Assembly (NCBI GenBank): GCA_965204735.1 | Contig: OZ242008.1 | Span: 3,488,001 to 3,552,000, forward strand | DNA: 64,000 bases | Direction: 5' to 3' | Origin: Longimicrobiales bacterium | GTDB taxonomy: Bacteria; Gemmatimonadota; Gemmatimonadetes; Longimicrobiales; Gaopeijiaceae | In this document: in pieces, positions 45,470-55,079 of the stretch | How the letters are laid out: the number at the start of each line of letters is the position of its first letter | Numbering within the stretch: the first letter of the stretch is position 1 | The notes under the pieces: generated by a model | Databases searched by the model: none | Told to the model about the DNA's origin: nothing | Seen by the model: only the letters and a program-made list of their open reading frames with translations | Program-made: the position numbers and the translations under genes

Positions 45470-46348
45470 ATGAACGGAGACCGCATCGGTCGCAGGGAGT
45501 TTCTGGCACGGTCGGCGGCGTGCTCCGGCGCTCTCCTGCTCGCGGGGCGCGGGGTCGAAGCCCGCGCAGCGACCCGTCCACTCCGCGCCGAAGCTTGGCC
45601 GGAGCGGATCGGCATTCAGCTCTACACGGTTCGCTCCCTCATGGCGGACGATCCGGCGGCGACCCTCGACGCGCTGGCCGCCGTCGGCTACCGCGAGGTC
45701 GAGTTCGCGGGCTACTTCGGCCACGCTCCAGCCACGCTCCGGGAGTGGCTGGACGGAGCGGGCATCGCGGCCCCGGCGGCCCACGCGAGCATGGAGGAGC
45801 TCTCGGGCGCGGGGCTCGCGGCGTCGCTGGAAGCCGCCGTCGCGCTGGACCACCGATGGCTGGTCCTGCCCTGGATCCCCGCCGAGCAGCGAACGCCTGA
45901 CGGCTACCGAGCCGTCGCCGACGCCCTGAACCGCGCGGGCGCGGCGGCGCGGACAGCGGGCGCGCGGGTCGCTTACCACAACCACGACTTCGAGTTCGAG
46001 CCCCTCGCCGAGCCTTCCGGCCCGACCGGCTACGACCTCCTCTTGGAGCGCCTCGACCCGTCGCTGGTGGACTTGGAGCTCGACGTCCACTGGTCGACCG
46101 TCGCCGGGGTCCCTTTCGAGCAACTCTTTGCAGACCACCCAGGCCGCTTTGCGCTGTGTCACCTGAAGGACTTGGACGCCCAGGGCCGGATGGCCGACGT
46201 GGGCGCGGGCACGATCGACTGGTCCGCCGTCTTCGCCCTTTCCGGCGAGGCGGGAGTGCGCCACTACTTCGTGGAGCACGACGACCCCGCCGACCCTCTG
46301 GCGTCGGCCCGGGCCAGCTACCGCTACTTGTCCCAGGAGGTCCCATGA
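45470..46348 (+). CDS. Tat-exported sugar phosphate isomerase/epimerase (xylose-isomerase-like TIM barrel)
   Basis: GRREFL twin-arginine signal; GIQLYTVR, YHNHDFEF, ELDVHW, HLKD, FVEHD. Confidence 0.9.
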   Translation: MNGDRIGRREFLARSAACSGALLLAGRGVEARAATRPLRAEAWPERIGIQLYTVRSLMADDPAATLDALAAVGYREVEFAGYFGHAPATLREWLDGAGIAAPAAHASMEELSGAGLAASLEAAVALDHRWLVLPWIPAEQRTPDGYRAVADALNRAGAAARTAGARVAYHNHDFEFEPLAEPSGPTGYDLLLERLDPSLVDLELDVHWSTVAGVPFEQLFADHPGRFALCHLKDLDAQGRMADVGAGTIDWSAVFALSGEAGVRHYFVEHDDPADPLASARASYRYLSQEVP

Positions 46349-47931
46349 GCGGATCGACCGCCGCCGGTCCCGGTCCCGCCCGGGCCTCCGGCGAAGCGCC
46401 CTGCGACGCGGCCCGGCTCTTCTTCGGCAGCTGCGTCGCGCTCGTCGCCACGTCGGTGGCCTTCGCCACGGTGGGCGCGGTCATGTTCGACCTGAAGGGC
46501 GAGTTCCTCCTCTCCAACGCCCAGGTCGGATGGATCGCCGGGGTGGCGCTGGGAGGGTTCGCGCTCTCCCAGCTCCTGTTCTCGCCGCTTTGCGACACCC
46601 TGGGGATGCGCTTCCTGCTCCGGCTGGCCTTCGTCGGCCACCTGGCCGGGTCGCTTGCGATGGTCTTCGCGGGCGGCTTCGGCGCCCTCTACGCCGGCGC
46701 CTTGGTGCTGGCCATGGCGAACGGCTTGGTGGAGGCGGCTTGCAACCCTCTGGTGGCGGCGCTCTACCCCCGCGACAAGACGGTGAAGCTCAACCAGTTC
46801 CACGTCTGGTTCCCCGGCGGGATCGTGCTCGGAGGAGTGGCGGCGTACGCCCTGGACGCGGCCGGGCTGGGCTGGTGGCAGCTCAAGATCGGATTGATTC
46901 TGATTCCCACGCTCGGCTACGGCGTCCTCTTGCTCGGGCGCCGCTTCCCCCCGACGGAGGGCGTGCGTTCCGGCGTGTCGATGCGCGCGATGTTCAAGGC
47001 CGCCCTGACCACGCCTCTCATGCTGCTCATGCTGGGGTGCATGGCCCTGACCGCGTCCGTCGAGCTGGGACCCAACCGCTGGATCCCGGCCGTGCTGGAG
47101 GCGGGCGGGATGCCCGGGATACTCGTGCTCGTCTACATCAACGGGCTGATGGCGGTCCTCCGCTACAAGGCAGGACCGGTCGTGCACCGCTTGTCGCCCA
47201 CGGGAATCCTCCTGGCGTCGGCGGTGGCGTCGGGGGCGGGGCTGCTGTGGCTGAGCGCCGGGGGCTCCGCCTGGTCGGTGTTCGCCGCGGCCACGGTGTT
47301 CGCCGTCGGCGTCTGCTACTTCTGGCCGACGATGCTGGGGTTCGTCTCGGAGCGGGTGCCCCGCGGCGGTGCGCTGGCCCTGGGCTTGATGGGCGCAGTG
47401 GGGATGGCCGTCGTGGGCTGGGGCACGTCGCCGCTGATGGGCAAGATCGCCGACCGCCACGCCCACCAGGAGCTTCCGGAAGACGCGGTGGTCCTGACGC
47501 TGGCGGAAGCCCGGGGCGCTCTGGAGTCCCAGTCGCTGCGCACGCCTGGACCGGAAGGAGATGACTTGCGCTCCGCCCTCGCCGCCACGACGGCGGTGCT
47601 GGCCTCGGTGGACGAGAACGGCTCGCTGCCGCCGGTCGCGACGGCCAATGCGCTTCGGGCCGTGATCTCGTCGGGCTCCACTTCGCCGGCGGTCGACCGG
47701 GCCTCGGCCCTCCTGGGGCCGGCGGAGAACCACGGCGGACTCGTCTCCTTCCGCTACGTCGTGCCTCTCTGCGGCGTCCTGGCGCTCGTCTTCGGCGCGC
47801 TGCACGTCCGGGACCGCGCTCGCCGCCGAAGCCCCCCCCCCCCCCCCCCCCCCTATGAATCCTTCGCTCGGCGGCGCCCGACGGTTGCAGGGCCGGAGCC
47901 GCGTAGACGCGGGGAACGATGGACACTATGA
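46345..47931 (+). CDS. MFS transporter
   Basis: NGLVEAACNPLV, LNQFHVWFPGG, ELGPNRW, YFWPTMLG; C-terminus runs through a C22 tract. Confidence 0.88.
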   Translation: MSGSTAAGPGPARASGEAPCDAARLFFGSCVALVATSVAFATVGAVMFDLKGEFLLSNAQVGWIAGVALGGFALSQLLFSPLCDTLGMRFLLRLAFVGHLAGSLAMVFAGGFGALYAGALVLAMANGLVEAACNPLVAALYPRDKTVKLNQFHVWFPGGIVLGGVAAYALDAAGLGWWQLKIGLILIPTLGYGVLLLGRRFPPTEGVRSGVSMRAMFKAALTTPLMLLMLGCMALTASVELGPNRWIPAVLEAGGMPGILVLVYINGLMAVLRYKAGPVVHRLSPTGILLASAVASGAGLLWLSAGGSAWSVFAAATVFAVGVCYFWPTMLGFVSERVPRGGALALGLMGAVGMAVVGWGTSPLMGKIADRHAHQELPEDAVVLTLAEARGALESQSLRTPGPEGDDLRSALAATTAVLASVDENGSLPPVATANALRAVISSGSTSPAVDRASALLGPAENHGGLVSFRYVVPLCGVLALVFGALHVRDRARRRSPPPPPPPYESFARRRPTVAGPEPRRRGERWTL

Positions 47932-47961
47932 GTCCTTCGCTCGGCGGCGCCCGACGGTTGC
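47832..47961. repeat. C22 homopolymer followed by a 36-bp direct repeat (73-bp period)
   Basis: C run at 47832-47853; CTATGA(A/G)TCCTTCGCTCGGCGGCGCCCGACGGTTGC at 47853-47888 and 47926-47961. Confidence 0.9.
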
Positions 47962-47962
47962 G

Positions 47963-49165
47963 GTGAACCCTCACCTCGGTCGGAAGCTCCGATACGGGAT
48001 GGTCGGGGGCGGTCCAGGGGCCTTCATCGGCGGGGTCCACCGGACGGCGACGAGACTGCACGGGGAATGGGAACTGGTTGCCGGGGCCTTCTCTTCTTCG
48101 GCGGCGCGCTCGCGGGAGCAGGGCCGGGCGCTGGGGCTGGACCCGGCAAGGGTCTACGACGACTACCTCCAGATGGCGAAGGCGGAGGGGGCCTTGCCGA
48201 AGGACTCGCGCATCGACGCCGTGGTGGTGGCGACGCCGAACCACCTTCACCATCGCGTCGCCAAGGCGTTTCTGGACGCGGAAGTGCACGTGGTCTGCGA
48301 CAAGCCGATGACCACGACGGCGGCGGACGCGGAGGAGCTGGGCCGGGCCGTGGAACGGGCTCGCCTCGTCTTGGCCGTGACGTACAACTACACGGGCTAT
48401 CCGATGGTCAAGGAAGCTCGCCGCCAACTCTCGGACGGTCGCCTCGGCACGCTGCGCAAGGTCGTGGCCGAGTACTCGCAGGGCTGGCTGGCCAAGCGCC
48501 TGGAGGAATCGGGCCACAAGCAGGCGGCGTGGCGGCTGGACCCGGCGCAGGCCGGTCCGTCGTCGGCCGTGGCCGACATCGGGTCCCACGCGCACAACTT
48601 GATTCGCTACGTGACGGGACTTCAGGTCGAGCAGGTCTTCGCCGACGTGGCCAGCTTGGTGCCGGGTCGAGCGATGGAGGACGACGCGGGGGTGCTGCTC
48701 AGGTTCGAGGGAGGCGCCCGGGGCGTGCTCACCGTGAGCCAGGTGTGCGCCGGCGAGGAGAACGGGCTGCGGCTGCGCGTCTACGGGGAGGCGGGCGGCT
48801 TGGACTGGCGGCAAGAGCGGCCGAACGAGCTGCGGCTGCTCCTTCCCGACGCGCCGGCCCAGCGGCTCACGAGAGGGAGTCCCTACTTGTCGGCGGCGGC
48901 CCGACACGCGGCTCGCCTGCCTCCCGGCCACCCGGAGGGCTTCATGGAGGCGTTCGCCAACATCTACCTGAACGCAGGGCGCACCATCGGCGCCGCGCTG
49001 GCGGGCACGAACCCCGACCCCCTGGAACGGGATTTTCCGGACCACGTCGACGGCCTCCGGGGAGTGCGCTTCGTGGAGAGCGTGCTGCGGTCGGCTCGAG
49101 AAGAGCGCTGGACGGCAGTGGGGCCGGCGAGGCGTGCCCGCGACGAGCGCGCGCACGCGCCATGA
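47963..49165 (+). CDS. Gfo/Idh/MocA family oxidoreductase
   Basis: GMVGGGPGAFIG.VHR, TPNHLH, CDKP, YSQGWL, DIGSHA, GHPEGF.EAFAN; alternative in-frame ATG at 47855. Confidence 0.92.
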   Translation: MNPHLGRKLRYGMVGGGPGAFIGGVHRTATRLHGEWELVAGAFSSSAARSREQGRALGLDPARVYDDYLQMAKAEGALPKDSRIDAVVVATPNHLHHRVAKAFLDAEVHVVCDKPMTTTAADAEELGRAVERARLVLAVTYNYTGYPMVKEARRQLSDGRLGTLRKVVAEYSQGWLAKRLEESGHKQAAWRLDPAQAGPSSAVADIGSHAHNLIRYVTGLQVEQVFADVASLVPGRAMEDDAGVLLRFEGGARGVLTVSQVCAGEENGLRLRVYGEAGGLDWRQERPNELRLLLPDAPAQRLTRGSPYLSAAARHAARLPPGHPEGFMEAFANIYLNAGRTIGAALAGTNPDPLERDFPDHVDGLRGVRFVESVLRSAREERWTAVGPARRARDERAHAP

Positions 49166-50715
49166 GGCCGAGGCCGACATCGGTTCGATACAACGATTGG
49201 CGTCGCGTGAAGGCGCAGCCGCTCGACGGCTTCGAGCCTTCCCTTCCCGTGAGCGTGATCATTCCGTACTTCCAGACCCCCACCGAAACCGAGAAGACCT
49301 TGGCCGCGCTCGAGGGCCAGTCGTATCCCCGAGAACTCTTCGAGGTGGTCGTGGTCGACGACGGGTCGGAGCCGCCCTTCCGACAGGTCGGCGCGTGCCC
49401 GCTCCGACTCAAGACGGCACGTCAGCCGCGTCGCGGCTTTGGACTTGCCAGAGCGCGCAACTTGGGCGCCCGGGTCGCATCTCACGACATCCTCCTCTTC
49501 CTCGACAGCGACATGTTGCCGGAAGCCGGATGGATCGCCGCCCACGCCCGGTGGCATCACGTCCTCTCGGACGCGCTGACCGTGGGAATCCGCAAGAACG
49601 CGGCAACCAGCGACGTAAGCGCAGATGCGATCCGGGAGCGACCCGGCTCTCTCTCCGACCTCTTTCCGGATCCGCCCCCGACTGCGTGCTGGGTCGAGGA
49701 CCACTTGGCGCGAACCGCCGACCTGACTTCCAAGCACGACGATCCGTTCAGCGTCGTCGTCGGGGCCAACTTCGGGATGCGGAGGACGCACTACGGCGCC
49801 ATCGGCGGAACGGACGAGAGCTTCCGCCGCTGGGGAGTGGAAGACGTGGAGCTGGGGTACCGCGCCTACGCCCACGGAGGCCTGCTGGTGCCCGTTCGGG
49901 AGGCGACGGCGTGGCACCAGGGTCTTGGCGCGGACCACCGAGCGGCCAAGGAGCGCTCGAACTGGATCAACCGGGGCAAGGGCGCGCACCGAATCGCCCA
50001 CCCGCGCTACCGCCACGCCACGCCGGGACGGCACTTCGCCGTGCCCAGGCACGTGGTGACGCTGGACGCGCGGCGCCCGCGCCCGGACCACGTTGTTCGG
50101 ACCGTGGCCAAGCTGCTGGCCGACCGGGTGCACGATCTGGTGGTGCGGGTCGAAGCCGGACCGGACGACGACGACCGCGCCGAGTACGTTCGCAACGAGC
50201 TCGGCCCGGACCCCCGCGTGCGAGTGAACCCGCGCCGTTCGATCCTCGACGAGTTCCCGGCGTCCGCCTTTCATGTCCAGGTGCCGGGAAGCGCGGTCTT
50301 CGCCCGAGGCCTTGTCCATCGACTGGAAGCGCATCTGGGCGACGCGGTCCAAATGAAGGCGCTCCTGTCGGACGGCTGCGCCCTGACGGTCACGAGGGTG
50401 TGGGCGCTTCACCGAGCCCGTCGCGCGGGAGCGGAACCCGCCGCTTTCGGGGACGTGCGGAACGTTCCCGCTTCTCGCCTGCGCGTCCGGGCGGCTGCGC
50501 TCGACCGCAGCGACGACGGAGCGGCGTCCTTGGAGGTCGCGCCCTATCCGAGTCGCCGCGAGGCGGCCCTGCGGGAAGTGCAGGACGTTCGCGGCGTCGC
50601 CGGCGCGGCCGTGTTCTTGCGAAGAACGGCCCGCCGGATCCTCTGGCGGCTAACGAGCGGGTGGAGGGCGCCCCGCGAACGGCCGGCCCGAGCGTCCGGC
50701 CCGTCGCGACCCTGA
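49162..50715 (+). CDS. GT2 glycosyltransferase (resembles the HexNAc-transferase domain of chondroitin/hyaluronan synthases)
   Basis: SVIIP, VVVDDGS, ARNLG, FLDSDMLP, GAN, DESFRRWGVEDVELGYR...WHQ. Confidence 0.85.
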   Translation: MRPRPTSVRYNDWRRVKAQPLDGFEPSLPVSVIIPYFQTPTETEKTLAALEGQSYPRELFEVVVVDDGSEPPFRQVGACPLRLKTARQPRRGFGLARARNLGARVASHDILLFLDSDMLPEAGWIAAHARWHHVLSDALTVGIRKNAATSDVSADAIRERPGSLSDLFPDPPPTACWVEDHLARTADLTSKHDDPFSVVVGANFGMRRTHYGAIGGTDESFRRWGVEDVELGYRAYAHGGLLVPVREATAWHQGLGADHRAAKERSNWINRGKGAHRIAHPRYRHATPGRHFAVPRHVVTLDARRPRPDHVVRTVAKLLADRVHDLVVRVEAGPDDDDRAEYVRNELGPDPRVRVNPRRSILDEFPASAFHVQVPGSAVFARGLVHRLEAHLGDAVQMKALLSDGCALTVTRVWALHRARRAGAEPAAFGDVRNVPASRLRVRAAALDRSDDGAASLEVAPYPSRREAALREVQDVRGVAGAAVFLRRTARRILWRLTSGWRAPRERPARASGPSRP

Positions 50716-52437
50716 AGTCGCTCGGAACACGACGCCGTCGGCCAGCTCCGCCTCCACGACCATGCTCGGCAGGGAGCGCAAGTCCTCTTCGTCGTACTCG
50801 AAGCCGACCTCCGCATCGAACTTGAACCACACGAGGCGGAGGACTTGCCCCTCCTCGATTCGTTGCTTCGCCCTCTCCAGCTGCCTGGGGAAGCCGCGGT
50901 ACTTCCCAATCACGTCTTCCCCGGCCTTGAGAGCCAGCTGAGCATGGAGCAGGCCGAAGCGGGAGTTCGCATGCACGCTTGCATCGACAGGGTTTTCCCG
51001 CAGGTACTGGATCGTCTCCGACTCGTCCCAGTAGGCCGTGTTGAACAACTTGCCGTGATACCCCGACTCCATGGCCTGCGCCGTTCGGGCGATGCTGGTC
51101 CGCGTTCCCAGCGCCAAGCTTCCGGCGCCTCCGGCCAGCACCACGCCAGCGACGCTCGTCTTGACCCAGGTCCTCCAACCGGCGGCAGCGAGCCCGATCC
51201 AGCGGTCCACGCCGACGGCGGCGGCGATCAGCAACGGCACGTAGAGCGGAATCAGGAAGTGCCAGCTCATCCCGGGCCCGTCCCCGTCTGCCGCGTCCCA
51301 TGCGCGCCCACTGCTTACTGCAACTACGATGAAGATCGTGTACACCGAGCAAAACACGCCAAGCACCGTCAACGGACTCGCGTTCCAAGCGCGTCGCGAG
51401 GACCGTCGGCCGGCCGAAGCGACGCAGACGGCGCCGCATACTGCGACCAGGAGAACGGCGGACGCCCACAGCAACGGCGCAAGCCACTCCGGTCCGCCGG
51501 CTGGAACCACGGCGCTGCGCACCAAGACGGCGACTTGACCAAGCGACTCGAAGACGGACTGGCCCAGGTCGGGGTTGCCGCTGGGCTTGTCCCAGTGCCC
51601 GAAGAGCAAGCGATTGCGCATCGCCACCGCGGCCAGCGGAAGCAGCGACGCGCCCGCGAACGCCGCCGATCGTCCAGCCCTGGCGACAAGACGTTGCCGA
51701 GGTTGCAGGAGCAGCAGCAGGGCGCCCGTGGCGACAACGGTGACGCCGGCGTATCGAGTGGTTGCGGCCAACGCCGAGCACGCGGCCGCCAGGGCCAGGG
51801 AAGTCCGGGTTGGGCGGCGGTTCAGAAAGGAGTCCAGATGCATCAACGCGAGCAGCGAAAGAAGGACGAAGAGCGCCTCGGTCAATGCGGTCGAAGCGAA
51901 GTGGTCGAGATAGGGAGAGGTCGCAACTGCCAGCGTCGCTCCAGCGGCCAGCAGGCGCGAACCGACCGTCCGGCGCAGCCAAAGGCCCGCGGCCAGGATC
52001 GTCAGCCCGAAGGCCGCGGCGTTGACCAGGCGCGAGGCGTCGTGGGGCTCTATCCCGGCAAGATGGCCGACTGCGGCCAGCAACAGTGGAAACAGGGGTG
52101 GCCATGGAAGCAGAGCGTTGCCCAAGAAGTCTTGGAAGCCATGCCCGGCAAGCAGGTTCGAGGCGATTGAGATGTAGGAGACGCTGTCCACATCGATGCC
52201 GGCCCCGTAGGCGCTCGTGCGAACCAGAACGTGAAGTGTTCCCAAGCACGCGAACGCGGCCCCGAGCAGGGTCAGGCCCAAGTGGTCGCGGCGGCGATCA
52301 ACGCTTCGGTGCGGGGGTTGACTCCCTTGCGGGCGGGCATGAGCGTGCGTGGACGGCGGCACTCGGGGATCGCCCGTCCGCTCGTCGAGAGGGTCTGCAG
52401 AAGGAACCGCGCCGCGGAACCTGGGAGTCCTCGCCAT
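50650..52437 (-). CDS. GT-C fold (ArnT/PMT-like) membrane glycosyltransferase-like protein
   Basis: DSVSY, WPPLFPLLLA, LTEALF, TRYAG, many TM helices; start uncertain. Confidence 0.7.
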   Translation of the reverse strand: MARTPRFRGAVPSADPLDERTGDPRVPPSTHAHARPQGSQPPHRSVDRRRDHLGLTLLGAAFACLGTLHVLVRTSAYGAGIDVDSVSYISIASNLLAGHGFQDFLGNALLPWPPLFPLLLAAVGHLAGIEPHDASRLVNAAAFGLTILAAGLWLRRTVGSRLLAAGATLAVATSPYLDHFASTALTEALFVLLSLLALMHLDSFLNRRPTRTSLALAAACSALAATTRYAGVTVVATGALLLLLQPRQRLVARAGRSAAFAGASLLPLAAVAMRNRLLFGHWDKPSGNPDLGQSVFESLGQVAVLVRSAVVPAGGPEWLAPLLWASAVLLVAVCGAVCVASAGRRSSRRAWNASPLTVLGVFCSVYTIFIVVAVSSGRAWDAADGDGPGMSWHFLIPLYVPLLIAAAVGVDRWIGLAAAGWRTWVKTSVAGVVLAGGAGSLALGTRTSIARTAQAMESGYHGKLFNTAYWDESETIQYLRENPVDASVHANSRFGLLHAQLALKAGEDVIGKYRGFPRQLERAKQRIEEGQVLRLVWFKFDAEVGFEYDEEDLRSLPSMVVEAELADGVVFRATSGSRRAGRSGRPFAGRPPPAR

Positions 52438-53698
52438 GTCAAAACCGTACCAAGACGGCGAGGGCGCTGCAACTCGCCGCCGAACCGCGGAGACGGCCGC
52501 CGCCTTCGGCCTGCGACCCGCAAGCCCAAGCCGGAGCCCCGCTGCGTCTGCGCGGGCGGCTGCGGAGACGGCCGCCGCCTTCGACCTGCGACGGTTCAAC
52601 CCGGTGCAGTGGTCGTGCGATGCAAGCTTTGGAGCGGGGGCGCTCGGGCCGCTCGACCTGTTGCCGCCCGGAGCGCCCGCGGCCCGCGTCGAACGACGAC
52701 GCAATCCCCTGCGGCTGCGTCGCTACCACCACGTGGTGGACGTGAAGGCGTATCACGAAGACGCCGCAAGCCGCGCCGGCGAACTGGCCCGGCTGGCGGC
52801 CGCTGGCGTGGTGATTCATGTGGCGGACGACGACGATCGGCTTCGAGCGCTTCTGGATTCCGACTTGCATCGATTCATGAGTGCGCATCCGGGCGCCTTC
52901 GATGCGGGCGAGCGGGAGATGCACTCCATCCGCATGCGCCGCGCGGCGCTGCAAGCGCACTCCTCTTGGTCGCGCGGAAAGAACGCGCCCCCGGTGTCCG
53001 TCGTGGTGGCGAGCAAGCGCCCCGAGATGCTCCCGCGCGTGCTCGACGCGGTGGCTCGACAGACGTATCCTCAACTCGAGCTTGTGCTGGCGGTGCACGG
53101 CGACGCCAAGGGCTTCGATGGAATCGAGGCAACTCGCGAAGCCATGCCCGTTCCTGCGACGGTGGTTCGCGCGCACCGCGACGAGCCCCTTGGCGCCGTG
53201 CTCAACGAAGCTTGCGCGGCCGCATCCGGGACCCTGCTGACGAAGATGGACGACGACGACGTTTACGGCGCCGATCACGTGTGGGACTTGGTGCTTGCTC
53301 GCGTGTACGCGGGCGCCACGCTGGTGGGAAAGGTCGCTCAGTTCGTGCACCTGTCGGACGCCGAACTCACCGTGCATGTCCGGCGGGGGCAGGGCGAGTC
53401 CTTTCGAAGGGAGCTGGCGGGGGGGACGCTGTTGATCGCCCGCTCGGACTTGGAGCGGATCGGGGGCTGGCGGAACGTGCCCCGGGCAGTGGACGGGGCG
53501 CTGGAAGAGGACGTGGTGCGCGCAGGCGGCGTCGTCTACGCGACTCACGGCGCCGGGTTCGTGCTCGTCCGGCACGGCCGCTCCCACACCTGGGGGGCGA
53601 GCGACGCCTTCTTCCTTGAGCTGGCGGACCGCATCGCTCCGGGATGGGCTCCCGCGATCGCCGGGATGGACGGCGAGTGCGGTGCGCGTCTTCCATAG
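52436..53698 (+). CDS. GT2-like glycosyltransferase, paralog A
   Basis: VSVVVASKRP, QTYPQLELVL, PLGAVLN, TKMDDDDVY; start uncertain. Confidence 0.8.
   Translation: MSKPYQDGEGAATRRRTAETAAAFGLRPASPSRSPAASARAAAETAAAFDLRRFNPVQWSCDASFGAGALGPLDLLPPGAPAARVERRRNPLRLRRYHHVVDVKAYHEDAASRAGELARLAAAGVVIHVADDDDRLRALLDSDLHRFMSAHPGAFDAGEREMHSIRMRRAALQAHSSWSRGKNAPPVSVVVASKRPEMLPRVLDAVARQTYPQLELVLAVHGDAKGFDGIEATREAMPVPATVVRAHRDEPLGAVLNEACAAASGTLLTKMDDDDVYGADHVWDLVLARVYAGATLVGKVAQFVHLSDAELTVHVRRGQGESFRRELAGGTLLIARSDLERIGGWRNVPRAVDGALEEDVVRAGGVVYATHGAGFVLVRHGRSHTWGASDAFFLELADRIAPGWAPAIAGMDGECGARLP
52487..52592. repeat. 31-bp direct repeat, 75-bp period
   Basis: GCGGAGACGGCCGCCGCCTTCG(G/A)CCTGCGAC at 52487-52517 and 52562-52592. 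Confidence 0.8.
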
Positions 53699-55079
53699 TA
53701 GGGGCGTCGCCTTCCTGCAACGGGTCCGCCGGGACGTTCGCAGCCTCGGGGATGCTTGGAGGGTGGCCCGCTGGACGGCTTGGCGCGCGCTCTGGCTTCC
53801 CGCCTTGGCCGCGATCAACAAGCGGCACGCCGCGTGGTGGTTCCTTCGCCGCCGGCGCCGATTCGCGCTGGCCGCGTGGCGCCGACCCCCGGCGCCGACT
53901 CCGTCGCTTGGCCGCCGGCAACGCACCTCGACCGACGAAGAGCGCGTCTTCGACTTCGACCTGCGAACCTACAACCCGATACACTGGCGGCCGGCAACCC
54001 GCGAAGAGGCGCCGGCGCTGGGTCGGTTCTGCACGGAGCCGCCCGGAGCAACGGCCGAGGTCGCGGCCCGTCGGCTCGACCCCGTCCGGCTGCGTCGCCA
54101 TCATCACGTAGTGGACGCTCGGGCGTTCCACCGCGACCCGGCGACCCGGGCCGGCACGTTGGCTCGGCTGGCAGCCGCCGGCGTGGTCGTGCACGTCGTG
54201 GACGCCGACGCCCGTCTGCAAGCGCTCATGGGCCCCGAACTCTGCAAGCTGACGACCGTCGACCCGAGGGGCTTCGACGCCGACCAACGCGAGCTGCACA
54301 GCATCCGGATGCGTCGCGAGGCGATGCGGAGCCACTGGGCGCGCAGCTCCCGGCGGCCGCCTGCGGTCTCGATCCTGCTTGCGACCCGGCGCCCGGCCCT
54401 GCTCCCCCAAGCACTCGCGGCGGCTGCAAGCCAGACGTATCCAAGGCTCGAGCTGGCACTGGCCCTTCACGGCCACGAAGGCGCGGTTGCAGAGGTCGAG
54501 GAGCAGGTGGCCGCCCTGCCGTTCCCTGCCACGGCGATTCGGGCGCCCCGTTCGGCGCCCCTCGGCCAAGTGCTGAACGAGGCGGCCGGGGCGGCCGGCG
54601 GCACGCTGCTGACCAAGATGGACGACGACGACCTGTACGGTCCCGAGCACGTCTGGGACCTGGTGCTCGCCCGCGAGTACTCGGGCGCGCAGGTCGTGGC
54701 CAAGGCGGTCGAGTTCGCCTACTTGGCGGCGCCCGACCGAACCGTGCGGCGAGCAAGCGGGACCGGCGAGAGCTACCGCACCGATCTCCTGGCCGGAGGG
54801 ACGCTGCTGATCGCGGCGGACGACTTGGAGCGGATCGGGGGCTGGCGGAACGTGCCTCGGGGAGAGGACATGCAGCTTGCGAGAGACGTCCTGCGCGCCG
54901 GCGGCGGCGTCTACAGGACTCACGGCACGGGCTTCATACAGGTGCGGCACGGAGTCGGCCACACCTGGCAGGCGGACGACCGCCACTTCCTGCTGACTGC
55001 GGAGCGCATCGTCCCTGGGTGCGCCTTGGCGGCGGCGGGAATCGACCCGGTCTTGCGACCGGCCGCGGTCGGCCGCTAG
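53682..55079 (+). CDS. GT2-like glycosyltransferase, paralog B
   Basis: Shares FDLR..NP..W, LRR.HHVVD, RE.HSIRMRR, TKMDDDD and GGWRNVPR with paralog A; start uncertain. Confidence 0.8.
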   Translation: MRVFHSRGVAFLQRVRRDVRSLGDAWRVARWTAWRALWLPALAAINKRHAAWWFLRRRRRFALAAWRRPPAPTPSLGRRQRTSTDEERVFDFDLRTYNPIHWRPATREEAPALGRFCTEPPGATAEVAARRLDPVRLRRHHHVVDARAFHRDPATRAGTLARLAAAGVVVHVVDADARLQALMGPELCKLTTVDPRGFDADQRELHSIRMRREAMRSHWARSSRRPPAVSILLATRRPALLPQALAAAASQTYPRLELALALHGHEGAVAEVEEQVAALPFPATAIRAPRSAPLGQVLNEAAGAAGGTLLTKMDDDDLYGPEHVWDLVLAREYSGAQVVAKAVEFAYLAAPDRTVRRASGTGESYRTDLLAGGTLLIAADDLERIGGWRNVPRGEDMQLARDVLRAGGGVYRTHGTGFIQVRHGVGHTWQADDRHFLLTAERIVPGCALAAAGIDPVLRPAAVGR

